From positions 288,001 through 352,000 of the forward strand of contig CAVUCU010000005.1 in the NCBI GenBank assembly GCA_963740085.1: a DNA stretch of 64,000 bases, in the 5' to 3' direction. Below are positions 53,005 to 63,148 of the stretch, one piece after another. The notes under the pieces are model-generated. The model had not been told where the DNA came from. It saw nothing but the letters and a program-made list of their open reading frames with translations, and made no database searches. The stretch comes from Nitrospirota bacterium. GTDB taxonomy: Bacteria; Nitrospirota; UBA9217. Within the stretch, counting starts at the first letter, position 1. Each line of letters opens with the position of its first letter. The position numbers and the translations under genes are program-made.

Positions 53005-53883
53005 TCACAATCTCCTCATCCCTTCCGGCTTCAGGAGCGCCGCGTCGCCCTCCCGTACGAATGTCCTGATCATCTCAACGGTCTTGTCGCGCTCCATCGG
53101 CATGCGGACGCGGACAGGCAGATAGTTCGAGGCATGGTTCGCGAAGAACAGACCGCGGGTCATCTCGGTGTGCTCAAGCATGTCCGCAAGTTCCGAGAGG
53201 ATGGCAAATGCCGGGGGAAGCCTGAACATGCCCTTCTCCTGAAGATCATAAAGAAGAGTTCCTTTCACCACCATGATCGTAAGAGCGCCCACATAATCGG
53301 GATCGATGGCGGAAAGCAGCTTTCCGGTCAAACGCGCGTGTCTTTCGCTCCTGTCGGGCCCGCCGATCCCGAGCAGGACCGTGACCGAAAGCTTGATGCC
53401 CGCATCCCTGACGCGTCGGCCGGCCTCGATCATCTCCGCGGAGGTCGCGCCCTTTTTCATCCAGGCAAGCAGTTCGTCATCCCCGCTCTCAATGCCGAGG
53501 TACAGGATGCCGAGCCCGGCTTCCCGGAGCTGCCGTAATTCCCCGGCCGATCTGGCCAGGATGTTCCTGGTGTTCGCATACATGCCGATCCGCTGGAGCC
53601 GGGGGAACGAAGCGTGGAGGAGCGAGAAGAGCGCAAGCAGGTCATGAAAGGGGGCAGCGAGCGCGTCGCCGTCTGCAAGGAAGACCCGCCGCGTGTCAGC
53701 ACATCCCGGCAGACAGGAGCGAATGTCCTGTTCCATACGGGTGAGGCTGCGAACGCGGAATTGCTTCTGTTTGTACGCGGGGCAGAAGATGCACTGGTTG
53801 TGGGAGCACCCGATCGTGTACTGGAGGATCAGGCTTGCGGCCTCGCTGGGGGGCCGTATGACGATTCCTTCATATTCAGGCAT
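53005..53883 (-). CDS. Radical SAM protein
   Basis: RPPSEA.SLILQ, CSHNQCIFC, FLADGD, NHASNY. Confidence 0.92.
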   Translation of the reverse strand: MPEYEGIVIRPPSEAASLILQYTIGCSHNQCIFCPAYKQKQFRVRSLTRMEQDIRSCLPGCADTRRVFLADGDALAAPFHDLLALFSLLHASFPRLQRIGMYANTRNILARSAGELRQLREAGLGILYLGIESGDDELLAWMKKGATSAEMIEAGRRVRDAGIKLSVTVLLGIGGPDRSERHARLTGKLLSAIDPDYVGALTIMVVKGTLLYDLQEKGMFRLPPAFAILSELADMLEHTEMTRGLFFANHASNYLPVRVRMPMERDKTVEMIRTFVREGDAALLKPEGMRRL

Positions 53884-54005
53884 GGGTTTTCTCCAGGGAA
53901 GTAACGTAAGATTACCGCAAAGCTGATTGGGACGCAAAGAAAATATTTGGTTGTGTCAGGGAGGCCTGATAAGATGTTGCAAGGGAAATAATCCGAGAAA
54001 CAGCG

Positions 54006-54139
54006 TTGCTGAGTTTGCAAAAAAAGAAATTTCACACGGAGCCGCAAAGATTCATGAAGAAACACGTTTGGAATTAACGATGTTCCCCTTCGTGACTTCG
54101 TGTCTTCGTGTGAGACAGGACTTTTTGCGACTTTATCAA
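54006..54139. mobile_element. MITE-like element: same ~20-bp ends as 19396-19567, with nonamer palindrome cargo
   Basis: Left ttgctgagtttgcaaaaaaag, right gactttttgcgactttatcaa; internal cacacggag..caaag..catgaag / cttcgtga-cttcgtgt-cttcgtgtg. Confidence 0.6.
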
Positions 54140-54162
54140 CATTTCTGTGTTAAAATGCCGGC

Positions 54163-54504
54163 ATGAAAGAACCTGATTCCAGGTTGGTCTATTCGACGGA
54201 GCACACAGTCCCGAGGAAGGAGAAGCGGGCTGATCGCAATACCACGTCAGCTGCTGCTCCTGCAAAACGCAGGACGATCGTACGGCTCGACCGGAAGGGC
54301 AGGGGCGGCAAGACTGTCACGGCAATTGAGGGTCTTCAGCTTTCGGGTGCAGACAGCGAAAAACTCCTGAAACAATTAAAGGCAAAACTCGGTACCGGAG
54401 GAACCGTTAAGAACGGATCGCTGGAAATCCAGGGTGACCATTGCGATGCGGTCATGACCGAGTTATCCAGAATTGGCCACCTGCCGAAGCGTTCTAGCGG
54501 ATAA
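54163..54504 (+). CDS. SUI1/YciH translation initiation factor-like protein
   Basis: LVYST, RKGRGGKTVT, LGTGGTVK..LEIQGD. Confidence 0.92.
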   Translation: MKEPDSRLVYSTEHTVPRKEKRADRNTTSAAAPAKRRTIVRLDRKGRGGKTVTAIEGLQLSGADSEKLLKQLKAKLGTGGTVKNGSLEIQGDHCDAVMTELSRIGHLPKRSSG

Positions 54505-54505
54505 C

Positions 54506-54535
54506 ACCGGTAAGGTGATGCCTCACCTTACCGGT
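54506..54535. terminator. Perfect hairpin after the SUI1 gene (no T-tail)
   Basis: ACCGGTAAGGTGA-tgcc-TCACCTTACCGGT. Confidence 0.5.
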
Positions 54536-54635
54536 TGAGGATAAGCAGGTACCTTGAGAGATCCGCGCAAAGAGCACACTGGCGTAGAATCAATGTGCAA
54601 GTCCATTTCGGTCACTACGTCCCCTTCGCCGTCCT

Positions 54636-54893
54636 TTAACGGCCCCTGTCGTGCCGGTCATCGTGCTCATGTCTGTACTTCTTATGCTTCTTATGCTTCT
54701 TCTCGCGCCTGTAATCTCGTCTGTCCCGGTGCTGGCCCTCGATCACCACAACGCCCGGCGGGGGCGGGGGCAGAAGTAACGGCGGGGGCGGAGGAAGCGG
54801 GGGGGCCGGTAAGCCGGCGTTGCCGACAACGGGTAACAGGAACAGTGAAGCAATGATCATGAAAGCTGCGGCAGTGAAGAGCGGTCTTTTCAT
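54636..54893 (-). CDS. Small secreted Pro-rich, basic His-rich protein
   Basis: AAGGAG RBS, signal peptide, poly-Pro, KKHKKHKK tail. Confidence 0.7.
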   Translation of the reverse strand: MKRPLFTAAAFMIIASLFLLPVVGNAGLPAPPLPPPPPLLLPPPPPGVVVIEGQHRDRRDYRREKKHKKHKKYRHEHDDRHDRGR

Positions 54894-55231
54894 AAAATTC
54901 TCCTTGAAGGTTATGCTGTTTTGTTCTGGTGCCTGATTATAGAGTATTTCAACTATTGTGCCAAGTGTTAATTGCGGATTCCGCGCACGCTCGATATTGA
55001 TCGTATTGAATAAAGGTTGACATCGGGGGATGCTATGAAGGAATAGCCGTCAAGAGAACCGTCATACGCGGCAGAACTATTAAAGGTGACGGCCTCAACG
55101 AGAGCTGCTCCGGGCTCAGGCGGACCATAGGTACTCCCCGCTTTCCCCTGGCGCCCTGTTCTGTTATAATGATTATGAAAGCATGCCCCTCATTTTATTC
55201 AAATCTCGCTGCAAAATAACCGGAGAACCTC

Positions 55232-57901
55232 ATGCCCGACGAACAGAACCTGAAACAGCACAAGACCATCTATCTCAAAGACTATGCCCCGCCCGATTAC
55301 CTCATTGAAACAACGATGCTCGAGTTCGACCTTGACGGGACGCAGACGCGGGTCAAATCACTTCTTACTATCGTCTCCAATCACGACCGGAGCGCGGGGC
55401 TCCGTCCGCTCGTGCTGAACCACGGCGACCTCCCGCTCAAGGCGATACGGCTCGACGGACGGCCGCTGTCTGAGCAGGAATATGTGCGTGACGCTGCATT
55501 GCTTACGATACCGGTTTTGCCGGAACGATGTTCACTTGAGATAGAGACCGAGATCAATCCGCGGGACAATACGGAACTCTCGGGCCTGTTCATGTCAGGC
55601 AGCGGGTTCTTCACCCAGTGCGAGGCGGAGGGTTTTCGCAAGATCACTTATTATATCGACAGGCCCGATGTGATGGCGCGGTTCTTCATCACCATTATTG
55701 CGGACAAAGCGAAAGTTCCCGTACTCCTCTCGAACGGAAACCTGATCGGGAGCGGCGAGATGAAAGACGGCAGGCACTTCGCCAAGTGGCACGACCCCTT
55801 TCCGAAGCCGGCCTACCTCTTTGCCCTCGTCGCAGGCAACCTCGCCCGCATCGAAGACAGGTTCACGACCATGTCGGGCCGCGACGTGACGCTGCACATC
55901 TACGTGCAGCACCATAATAAGGACAAGTGCGATCATGCCATGGATTCGCTTAAGAAGGCGATGAAGTGGGACGAGGAGACCTACGGCAGGGAATACGACC
56001 TCGATATCTTCATGATCGTGGCAACGGACGACTTCAACATGGGCGCCATGGAGAACAAGGGCCTGAACGTTTTCAATTCCAAGTACGTGCTCGCGAAAGC
56101 GGAGACCGCGACGGACGGCGACTTTCAGGGCATCCTGGGCGTCGTGGGCCACGAGTACTTTCACAACTGGTCCGGCGACCGCGTGACCTGCAGAGACTGG
56201 TTCCAGCTCTCGCTCAAGGAAGGCTTCACCGTGTTCCGGGACCAGCAGTTCATGGAAGACATGACCTCCCCCGGCGTACAGAGGATCAACGACGTGAACA
56301 TCCTGCGCAGCCACCAGTTCCGCGAGGACAGCGGGCCCATGGCCCACCCGGTCAGGCCGGAGTCCTACGTCGAGATCAATAACTTCTACACCCTGACCGT
56401 GTACAACAAGGGCGCCGAGGTGATCCGCATGATGAGGGCCATCCTTGGTCCAACGGGTTTCAGGAAGGGCACAGACCTCTATTTCTCGCGCCATGACGGG
56501 CAGGCGGTCACGACCGATGATTTCGTAAAGGCCATGGAAGACGCAACGGGCGCCGACCTCTCCCAGTTCAAGCTCTGGTACTCGCAGGCCGGGACCCCGG
56601 AACTCAGTGTCAGCCGCTTCTATGACCAGAAGGCCATGACGTATACCCTGACATGCAAACAAACCTGCCCGCCGACACCGGGCCAGCCCGAGAAAAAACC
56701 GTTTCACATTCCCGTTGCCCTGGGACTGCTCGGGAAGGATGGCAGAGAAATAATGCTGAACCAGCTTTTCGCCCCCAAGGGGGGCTCAGAGAGCTGTGAG
56801 GGAACAACGGTCCTTGAACTGATGAATACCGAGGAAACTTTCGTATTTACCAACATTCCCGAACAACCTGTCCCTTCGGTCCTGCGCGGGTTCTCTGCGC
56901 CGGTGAAGGTAATGCTCGATCTCACTGACGATGAGCGGTTGTTCCTGATGGCGAATGATCCCGATGAGTTCAACCGATGGGACGCGGGCCAGCAACTTGC
57001 GGTGAAGCTCATCCTTAAGCTCATCACGGACCTTCAGGAAGGAAACACGCTGACGCTCGACCAGTCATTTATTGCCGCGTTCAAGAAAACGCTCGAGAGC
57101 TCCATGCAGGACAAGGCATTTCAGGCCTTCGCGCTCGCGCTCCCCGGAGAGACCTATCTCGCGGACTTCATGGAAGTGATCGATCCAGCGGCCATCCACG
57201 AGGCGAGACAATTCGTGCAGAAGAGCCTGGCGGCGGAACTCAAGGTGCCGTTCCTTGACGTGTATCACCGGAACCAGGACACCGGGCCGTATCGCCATGA
57301 CCAGGAGGCGATCGGCCGAAGGAGCCTGAAGAACATCTGCCTGGCCTATCTCGCGGAACTCGAAGACGAAGACAGCCGCGCCCTTTGCATGGAGCAATTC
57401 AAAACAGGCGGGAACATGACCGACGTGGTAACGGCCCTCGCGAACCTGTCAAATATCGACTGCCCGGAGCGGAGCGCGGCGCTCGCAGCGTTCTACGGGA
57501 AATGGAAGGACGACCCGCTCGTCATGGACAAGTGGCTTTCGATCCAGGCCATGTCGGGACTGCCGTTTGCGCTCGATATTGTCAAGGCACTCACGCGCCA
57601 TTCAGCCTTCAACATAAAGAATCCGAACAAGGTCCGCGCCCTGATCGGCGCGTTTTCCCAGGGAAACCCTGTACGGTTCCACGATCCGGACGGGGCGGGG
57701 TACGTCTTCCTGGCCGATCACATCCTTGTCATCGATCCCATGAACCCCCAGATCGCGGCCCGTCTCGTGAACCCCTTCACGCTCTGGAACCGGTACGACG
57801 AAAAACGCAAGGCCCTGATGAAGGCGCAGCTTGAAAGGATCTTAAACGCGCCGAGGCTTTCCAGGGATACGCATGAAGTTGTTTCGAAGAGTCTTGTTTG
57901 A
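55232..57901 (+). CDS. pepN: Aminopeptidase N
   Basis: TQCEAEGFR, GAMEN, HEYFH, LKEG, VYNKG. Confidence 0.98.
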   Translation: MPDEQNLKQHKTIYLKDYAPPDYLIETTMLEFDLDGTQTRVKSLLTIVSNHDRSAGLRPLVLNHGDLPLKAIRLDGRPLSEQEYVRDAALLTIPVLPERCSLEIETEINPRDNTELSGLFMSGSGFFTQCEAEGFRKITYYIDRPDVMARFFITIIADKAKVPVLLSNGNLIGSGEMKDGRHFAKWHDPFPKPAYLFALVAGNLARIEDRFTTMSGRDVTLHIYVQHHNKDKCDHAMDSLKKAMKWDEETYGREYDLDIFMIVATDDFNMGAMENKGLNVFNSKYVLAKAETATDGDFQGILGVVGHEYFHNWSGDRVTCRDWFQLSLKEGFTVFRDQQFMEDMTSPGVQRINDVNILRSHQFREDSGPMAHPVRPESYVEINNFYTLTVYNKGAEVIRMMRAILGPTGFRKGTDLYFSRHDGQAVTTDDFVKAMEDATGADLSQFKLWYSQAGTPELSVSRFYDQKAMTYTLTCKQTCPPTPGQPEKKPFHIPVALGLLGKDGREIMLNQLFAPKGGSESCEGTTVLELMNTEETFVFTNIPEQPVPSVLRGFSAPVKVMLDLTDDERLFLMANDPDEFNRWDAGQQLAVKLILKLITDLQEGNTLTLDQSFIAAFKKTLESSMQDKAFQAFALALPGETYLADFMEVIDPAAIHEARQFVQKSLAAELKVPFLDVYHRNQDTGPYRHDQEAIGRRSLKNICLAYLAELEDEDSRALCMEQFKTGGNMTDVVTALANLSNIDCPERSAALAAFYGKWKDDPLVMDKWLSIQAMSGLPFALDIVKALTRHSAFNIKNPNKVRALIGAFSQGNPVRFHDPDGAGYVFLADHILVIDPMNPQIAARLVNPFTLWNRYDEKRKALMKAQLERILNAPRLSRDTHEVVSKSLV

Positions 57902-57918
57902 CCAAAGTGGCAGGAATA

Positions 57919-58104
57919 TTTTTCGCAGAGACGCAGAGTTCGCGGAGAAAAAATATTTGATGCGGGTTTGCAGGTTGTTGAGAAGCTATTTTACCGGTCT
58001 TTGCAAGCGAAGCAATCTCAAGAGGACTATCATGTTATATTTAAACTCTGCGGCCTCAGCGTGCTCTGCGAGAGACGCTTTTTGCTCGCGGTTTGTCCGG
58101 TTCA
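57919..58104. repeat. Nonamer palindromic element with degenerate TTTGGTTCCGG-family end
   Basis: tcgcagagacgcagagttcgcggaga ... ctctgcggcctcagcgtgctctgcgagag, then ttttgctcgcggtttgtccggtt. Confidence 0.7.
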
Positions 58105-58111
58105 TATTGAC

Positions 58112-58315
58112 TCAGAATCTCACGAAATACGGCAGCGCCATGAGCGAGACGCCGATCAACAGGCTGAACCATACGTTGGAGACAAAATAGGGAAAGACCA
58201 TCAGTCCGATGCCGGAAAGAAGCGCTGCGAACCGCTGTTGTCTCTTTCCATACACAAAGTAACCAAGGCCGATCGAGCCGTACAAAAGACCCCAGAGTAA
58301 TGTTGAGCTGTCCAT
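58112..58315 (-). CDS. Small membrane protein
   Basis: MDSSTLLWGLLYGSIGLGYFVYGKRQ...FPYFV; AAAGGA RBS. Confidence 0.75.
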   Translation of the reverse strand: MDSSTLLWGLLYGSIGLGYFVYGKRQQRFAALLSGIGLMVFPYFVSNVWFSLLIGVSLMALPYFVRF

Positions 58316-58326
58316 GGCCTGTCCTT

Positions 58327-59091
58327 TTACTTTTTCCCGTACCCGTGATCCGGCGGCAAGCCGCCGCGCCGCGTCTGTTCCACGGCCAGGGCGTCGCATT
58401 TCTCGTTCTCCGGATTGCCGTCGTGGCCCCTCACCCAGGAAAATCTCACGGTATGCTTTTCGCACAGATCGAGCAGCCGCGACCAGAGATCGCTGTTCTC
58501 GGCCATTTCATCCTTGTTTCGCATCCAGTCGTTCTTTTTCCAACGGCGGGCCCACCCTTTTTCGATCCCGTTGACGACATATGACGAGTCGCTGTAAATA
58601 ACGACCGAAGAGGTCCGCTCGAGCGCCTCGAGGCCTTTTATGCAGGCCGTCAATTCCATGCGGTTGTTGGTCGTCCGCGCGAAGCCGCCTGAAAGTTCCC
58701 TTCTGCTGCCGCATTCGAACACCACCACACCGTACCCGCCCGGCCCCGGGTTCCTGCTGCACCCGCCGTCGGAGTAGATGACCACGTCCCCTGACGTCTC
58801 TTCTGTCCGATGATGCGCTGGGATTTTTGCGACCGGCTTCGACGGACGGCGGGACTTCCCGGGGGTGATGGTTTTTTCAACGAAAGGAAATAACTCTTGC
58901 TGGTGTTTATCGTTTGCCTTCGCGGACATTTCCTCGAACCACGCCTTCGCTTCTCCGCGGGACGCGAACCCTTTGTATACGGCGCCGGGAAACCCCTTTA
59001 TCTGCGCTTCCCCGCCAAGGGCGCCGGACCACTCTTCGTATATCCCCGGTTTGCGGCCTTTGTATATTGCGTATGATTTTTTCTTCGCCAT
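58327..59091 (-). CDS. rnhA: Ribonuclease HI with N-terminal hybrid-binding domain
   Basis: YAIYKGRKPGIY..W N-domain; YSDGG, TTNNRMEL, WVRGH.G.PENE.CD. Confidence 0.95.
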   Translation of the reverse strand: MAKKKSYAIYKGRKPGIYEEWSGALGGEAQIKGFPGAVYKGFASRGEAKAWFEEMSAKANDKHQQELFPFVEKTITPGKSRRPSKPVAKIPAHHRTEETSGDVVIYSDGGCSRNPGPGGYGVVVFECGSRRELSGGFARTTNNRMELTACIKGLEALERTSSVVIYSDSSYVVNGIEKGWARRWKKNDWMRNKDEMAENSDLWSRLLDLCEKHTVRFSWVRGHDGNPENEKCDALAVEQTRRGGLPPDHGYGKK

Positions 59092-59107
59092 CGGGTTCTG
59101 TCGTTCC

Positions 59108-59404
59108 CTACTGCAGTCTCGCCCGGCATTTTTTGCAGGTCCGCCTGTTGATATCCGCGCCCATGTATTTTCCGCAGGAAGGGCATATCCAGTTCACGGA
59201 GGTAAAGACCATGTACGAGGCGATGATAACGACCTGGGCCCCGAAGAGCGTGCTTTTTGAAAATTCACCAAAGAGATCCGGACGCTTATAGATGACCGCA
59301 CACAAGAGAATGGTAAAAAGCGCCGCTGCAATCGCGATGAATTGCCGGGACTGGCGTGCCCGGAACTCCGCTATGATCTGTTTAGGGTCTTTTCTTTGCG
59401 CCAT
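59108..59404 (-). CDS. Small membrane protein with C-terminal zinc ribbon
   Basis: Two TM helices, WICPSC ... CKKC. Confidence 0.75.
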   Translation of the reverse strand: MAQRKDPKQIIAEFRARQSRQFIAIAAALFTILLCAVIYKRPDLFGEFSKSTLFGAQVVIIASYMVFTSVNWICPSCGKYMGADINRRTCKKCRARLQ

Positions 59405-59525
59405 GGAACGTTCCCCTTTAACTCAAGTTTTTATCCCAGCCAGGCTGAACGGGAAGAAGTCCGTTGAAAGACTTTCCCGATATATCACGTCTGATAATCC
59501 TTATAGCCCTGAGAAAATCCAGTCT

Positions 59526-59608
59526 ACCGCGGAGACGCCGAGACGCTGGAAATGACACTTTCAGGATTCCAAGGTTTTCTCCGCGCCCTCAGTGGCTCTG
59601 CGGTTAAA
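59526..59608. repeat. Nonamer palindromic element
   Basis: accgcggagacgccgagacgctgga ... tctccgcgccctcagtggctctgcggt. Confidence 0.75.
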
Positions 59609-59617
59609 TATGACTTC

Positions 59618-60109
59618 TTACGCTTGCTTGCCGCAGCACTTCTTGAATTTCCTTCCGCTGCCGCAGGGGCAGGGGTCATTGCGGCCGGTCTTGGGTGCTG
59701 CGCGTACCACAGGCTTCGGCATGGTCTTCCCGGTGGTAAAGAACCAGACGCCGTTTTCCTTCTTGAACGTGGAAAGCTCGTGGTGTTCCTGTTTGTGCCC
59801 CTTCTCGACATAGGTCGCCACGAATTCGACCTGTCCTTCGTTATCATCCGGTCCCCCGGCGATCGCGTTGACTATCTTGATCCCCTTCCACTCCGCACCC
59901 TCGACCCAGGCCCGGGTGCTCTGTTCGTCATAATCCGACCGGTGTGCGGGATGCAGGGAGGAGAGAATGTATTCGAGCTCTTTCTTCACGAATGCGCTGT
60001 AACGGGAACGCATCAGCTGTTCCGCGGTCGCTGCGCTGCGCTCGCCTTTTATCAGCGGCCGGCAGCATTCCGCATAAGCACTGTTGGAACCGCAGGGACA
60101 GAGGTCCAT
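59618..60109 (-). CDS. YchJ/SEC-C family protein
   Basis: [35 protein letters not shown]. Confidence 0.93.
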   Translation of the reverse strand: MDLCPCGSNSAYAECCRPLIKGERSAATAEQLMRSRYSAFVKKELEYILSSLHPAHRSDYDEQSTRAWVEGAEWKGIKIVNAIAGGPDDNEGQVEFVATYVEKGHKQEHHELSTFKKENGVWFFTTGKTMPKPVVRAAPKTGRNDPCPCGSGRKFKKCCGKQA

Positions 60110-60377
60110 GTTTTTCTCCTGGGAAGTTCTTGAAAAAGTCCGTATCGTAAAGCGGTTTTATCATACGAAAAACAGCGACAATGCGCAACTGGAAAAGGAA
60201 CACGCCGGAAACAAAGGAACCTCCAGCCGGTAATTTTGCATTGATTATGGGCGGGTCAATGTGCTATATTTCCCGGTGCCTGAAAAAATGTCGGCAGGCA
60301 TGCGTTTTTCCGGCCACTTTGCCTCACGGGCAAACGTTTGCTGTGTCGATGTATCATAACACCCGAGGTCAAAACCT

Positions 60378-61724
60378 ATGTCATATCGAGCCTGGTTTCA
60401 ATGTATCAATGAAAAGTGCAATGAGCAATATCCGCTCAACAAGATCGTTTACCGCTGCAAGAGCTGCGATTCGCTGCTGGAAGTAAAGCACGACATGCAG
60501 GCCCTCGCCCACCGGAGCGCCAAGGCGTGGATGAAGCTCTTCGAGGACCGTTACAAGTCCACTCAGTGGCCCTATGGCTCGGGCGTCTGGGGCAAAAAGG
60601 AGTGGGTCCTGCCGCAGATCGCCGACGACAACATCGTCTCGCTCTACGAGGGCGGGTCCAACCTGTTCTGGGCCGAGCGGTTCGGCAAGCTCATCGGCCT
60701 GGACAACCTCTGGCTCAAGCTCTGCGGCAACTCCCACAGCGGATCGTTCAAGGACCTCGGCATGACCGTGCTGGTGTCGCAGGTCAAGCAGATGATCAGC
60801 GAGGGCGCTCCGATCCAGGCCGTGGCCTGCGCCTCGACCGGGGATACCTCGGCCGCGCTCGCGGTCTACTGCGCCGCTGCCGGCATCCAGTCCATCGTGC
60901 TTCTCCCCAAGGGCAAGATATCCATGGCCCAGCTCGTCCAGCCGATCGCCAATGGCGCGCTGGTCCTGTCGCTGGACACGGATTTCGACGGCTGCATGCG
61001 CGTGGTGCGGGAGATCACCAAGGACGAGACGATCTATCTGGCCAATTCCATGAACTCGCTCAGGATCGAAGGACAGAAGACCGTGGGCATCGAGATCGTC
61101 CAGCAGTTCGACTGGGAGGTCCCCGATGTGATCGTCATCCCCGGGGGGAACCTGGGAAACGTCTCCGCGCTCGGCAGCGGACTGCTCATGATGCGCGACC
61201 TCGGGCTGATCACCAAACTGCCGAGGATCGTCGTCGCCCAGGCGGAACGCGCCAACCCGCTCTATCGATCGTATCTGAAGAAATTCGAGTCCTTTGAACC
61301 CATGGAGGCCGGGAAGACGCTGGCCAGCGCGATCCAGATCGGCGACCCGGTCAGCATCGTCAAGGCGATCCGCACGCTGAAGCAGTTCGACGGCATCGTC
61401 ATGGACGCCACGGAACAGGAGCTGTCCGATGCCGCCGCGCTGGGCGACCGGACCGGCATGTTCAACTGCCCGCACACCGGCGTCGCCCTCGCCGCGATGA
61501 TCAAACTGATCAAGGCCGGCAAGATCGACAGGTCCGAGCATGTCGTGGTCATCTCCACGGCGCACGGCCTCAAGTTCACCGACTTCAAGATCAACTATCA
61601 CGAAGAGAAGCTGGGATTTCCCAGCACGTACGCGAACAAACCCATAGAAGTGCCTGCGAATGTGGACGCGGTCAAGAAAGCGCTCACAAACGCATTGAAA
61701 AAGAGGAGAGAACAGAATGTCTAA
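60378..61724 (+). CDS. thrC: Threonine synthase (plant-like clade)
   Basis: [22 protein letters not shown] (PLP Lys), [24 protein letters not shown]. Confidence 0.95.
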   Translation: MSYRAWFQCINEKCNEQYPLNKIVYRCKSCDSLLEVKHDMQALAHRSAKAWMKLFEDRYKSTQWPYGSGVWGKKEWVLPQIADDNIVSLYEGGSNLFWAERFGKLIGLDNLWLKLCGNSHSGSFKDLGMTVLVSQVKQMISEGAPIQAVACASTGDTSAALAVYCAAAGIQSIVLLPKGKISMAQLVQPIANGALVLSLDTDFDGCMRVVREITKDETIYLANSMNSLRIEGQKTVGIEIVQQFDWEVPDVIVIPGGNLGNVSALGSGLLMMRDLGLITKLPRIVVAQAERANPLYRSYLKKFESFEPMEAGKTLASAIQIGDPVSIVKAIRTLKQFDGIVMDATEQELSDAAALGDRTGMFNCPHTGVALAAMIKLIKAGKIDRSEHVVVISTAHGLKFTDFKINYHEEKLGFPSTYANKPIEVPANVDAVKKALTNALKKRREQNV

Positions 61725-62926
61725 AAAACCATCCAATCCCCGGAACTGGAATCCGGCCACCCTCGGCATCCACGGCCTGGACCGCGTGCACCACGCGCAC
61801 TTCGCGGTCTCCACGCCGATCGTACATACCTCGAACTACTATTTCAATAACACCCAGGAAGTCTACGACTTCATGAAGGCGAAGAGCGAGGGCAAGCTCC
61901 TGCGCGAGCACGAGTACGGCCGCTACGGAAACCCGACCCAGACCGAATGCGAACATAAGCTTGCGGCCATCGAGGGCGCCGAGCGCGCGGTATTGTTCTC
62001 CAGCGGCATGTCCGCCGTGATCCTGACGCTTATGACCTTCATGCGCCGCGACGGCCACATCATCTTCACGAGTGACTGCTACCGCCAGACGCGCGACTTC
62101 GCCTCGAACCTGCTGGCTGAGTTCGGCATCAAGGTCTCGCTCGTGGACCCCACGGCAGAGGCCATTGAGAAGGCGATCAAGCCCAATACGAACATCATCT
62201 TCACGGAATCGCCCACCAATCCCTATCTGCGGTGTCTGGACCTTGAGGCGGTCGTGAAGGTCGCCAGGCAGCACAAGGTGATGACCGTCATCGATTCCAC
62301 ACTGGCCACGCTCGTACAACATAAGACCGCTGGACATGGGCGTCGACGTCGTCATCCACTCCGCCACCAAGTATCTCGGCGGCCACAACGACCTCCTTGC
62401 CGGAGTCTCCCTCGGCTCCGACAAGCTTATGAACGATATCTACCGCATGCAGCGCATGATCGGCGCCACACCCGGACCGCTCACGTGCTTCCTGCTGGAG
62501 CGCGGCCTGAAGACCTTCGGCCTCCGGATGAAACACCACAATGAGGCCGGCCTGGCCGTCGCCCGCATGCTCGAGGCGCACCCGAAGATCGAGAAGGTCT
62601 GGTATCCCGGCCTGGATTCTCATCCGGACCGGAAGATCGCGAAGGCGCAGATGAAGGGCTTCGGCAGCGTGGTCACCTTCCTGCTCCGGGGCGACGACGC
62701 GAAGACCAGAAAGTTCATCGACAACCTCGAGCTCTTCCTGATCACACCGAGCCTCGGCGGCAGTGAAAGTCTCGTGACCCAGATGTGGATGATGTCGTTC
62801 TTCGACTACCCCGAGGCCTACCGCAAGAAGATCGGCATGGAGGACAACCTGGTGCGGCTCGCGCTGGGCCTGGAGGATGTGGAGGACCTGATCGCGGACC
62901 TGAAGCAGGCGTTGGAGAAGGTTTGA
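61717..62926 (+). CDS. metB: Cystathionine gamma-synthase-like PLP enzyme with a 1-nt insertion at ~62312 (real or sequencing error)
   Basis: [35 protein letters not shown]; removing T62312 restores [13 protein letters not shown]. Confidence 0.8.
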
Positions 62927-62973
62927 GCGAGGATTCGCCGAGATTTTAAAAAGCAAAATTACGGCAAAGAATT

Positions 62974-63065
62974 TTAACGCGAAGGCGGGAAGAGCGCGAA
63001 GGAAGGACTTAAGCTTGCGGTCAGAGCTTGTTAACTCTTCACGACCTTTGCGCCTTCGCGGTTCA
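62974..63065. repeat. Nonamer palindromic element (CGCGAAG type)
   Basis: aacgcgaaggcgggaagagcgcgaag ... cttcacgacctttgcgccttcgcggtt. Confidence 0.7.
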
Positions 63066-63148
63066 GCGATTTTGATAGTGTTATCCATGACTCATCTTAT
63101 CCCTCGCATAAGCCCAGGCATCACAGTATGATATGGTGACTCTTCGCA

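Noticed and set aside
54947-54964. Sigma54 promoter for the Pro-rich small gene
   Set aside because: TGGCAC-N5-TTGA lacks the conserved -12 GC; too weak to call.
60270-60377. SAM riboswitch or T-box upstream of thrC and the CGS gene
   Set aside because: Only two small hairpins; no SAM-I core or T-box consensus seen.
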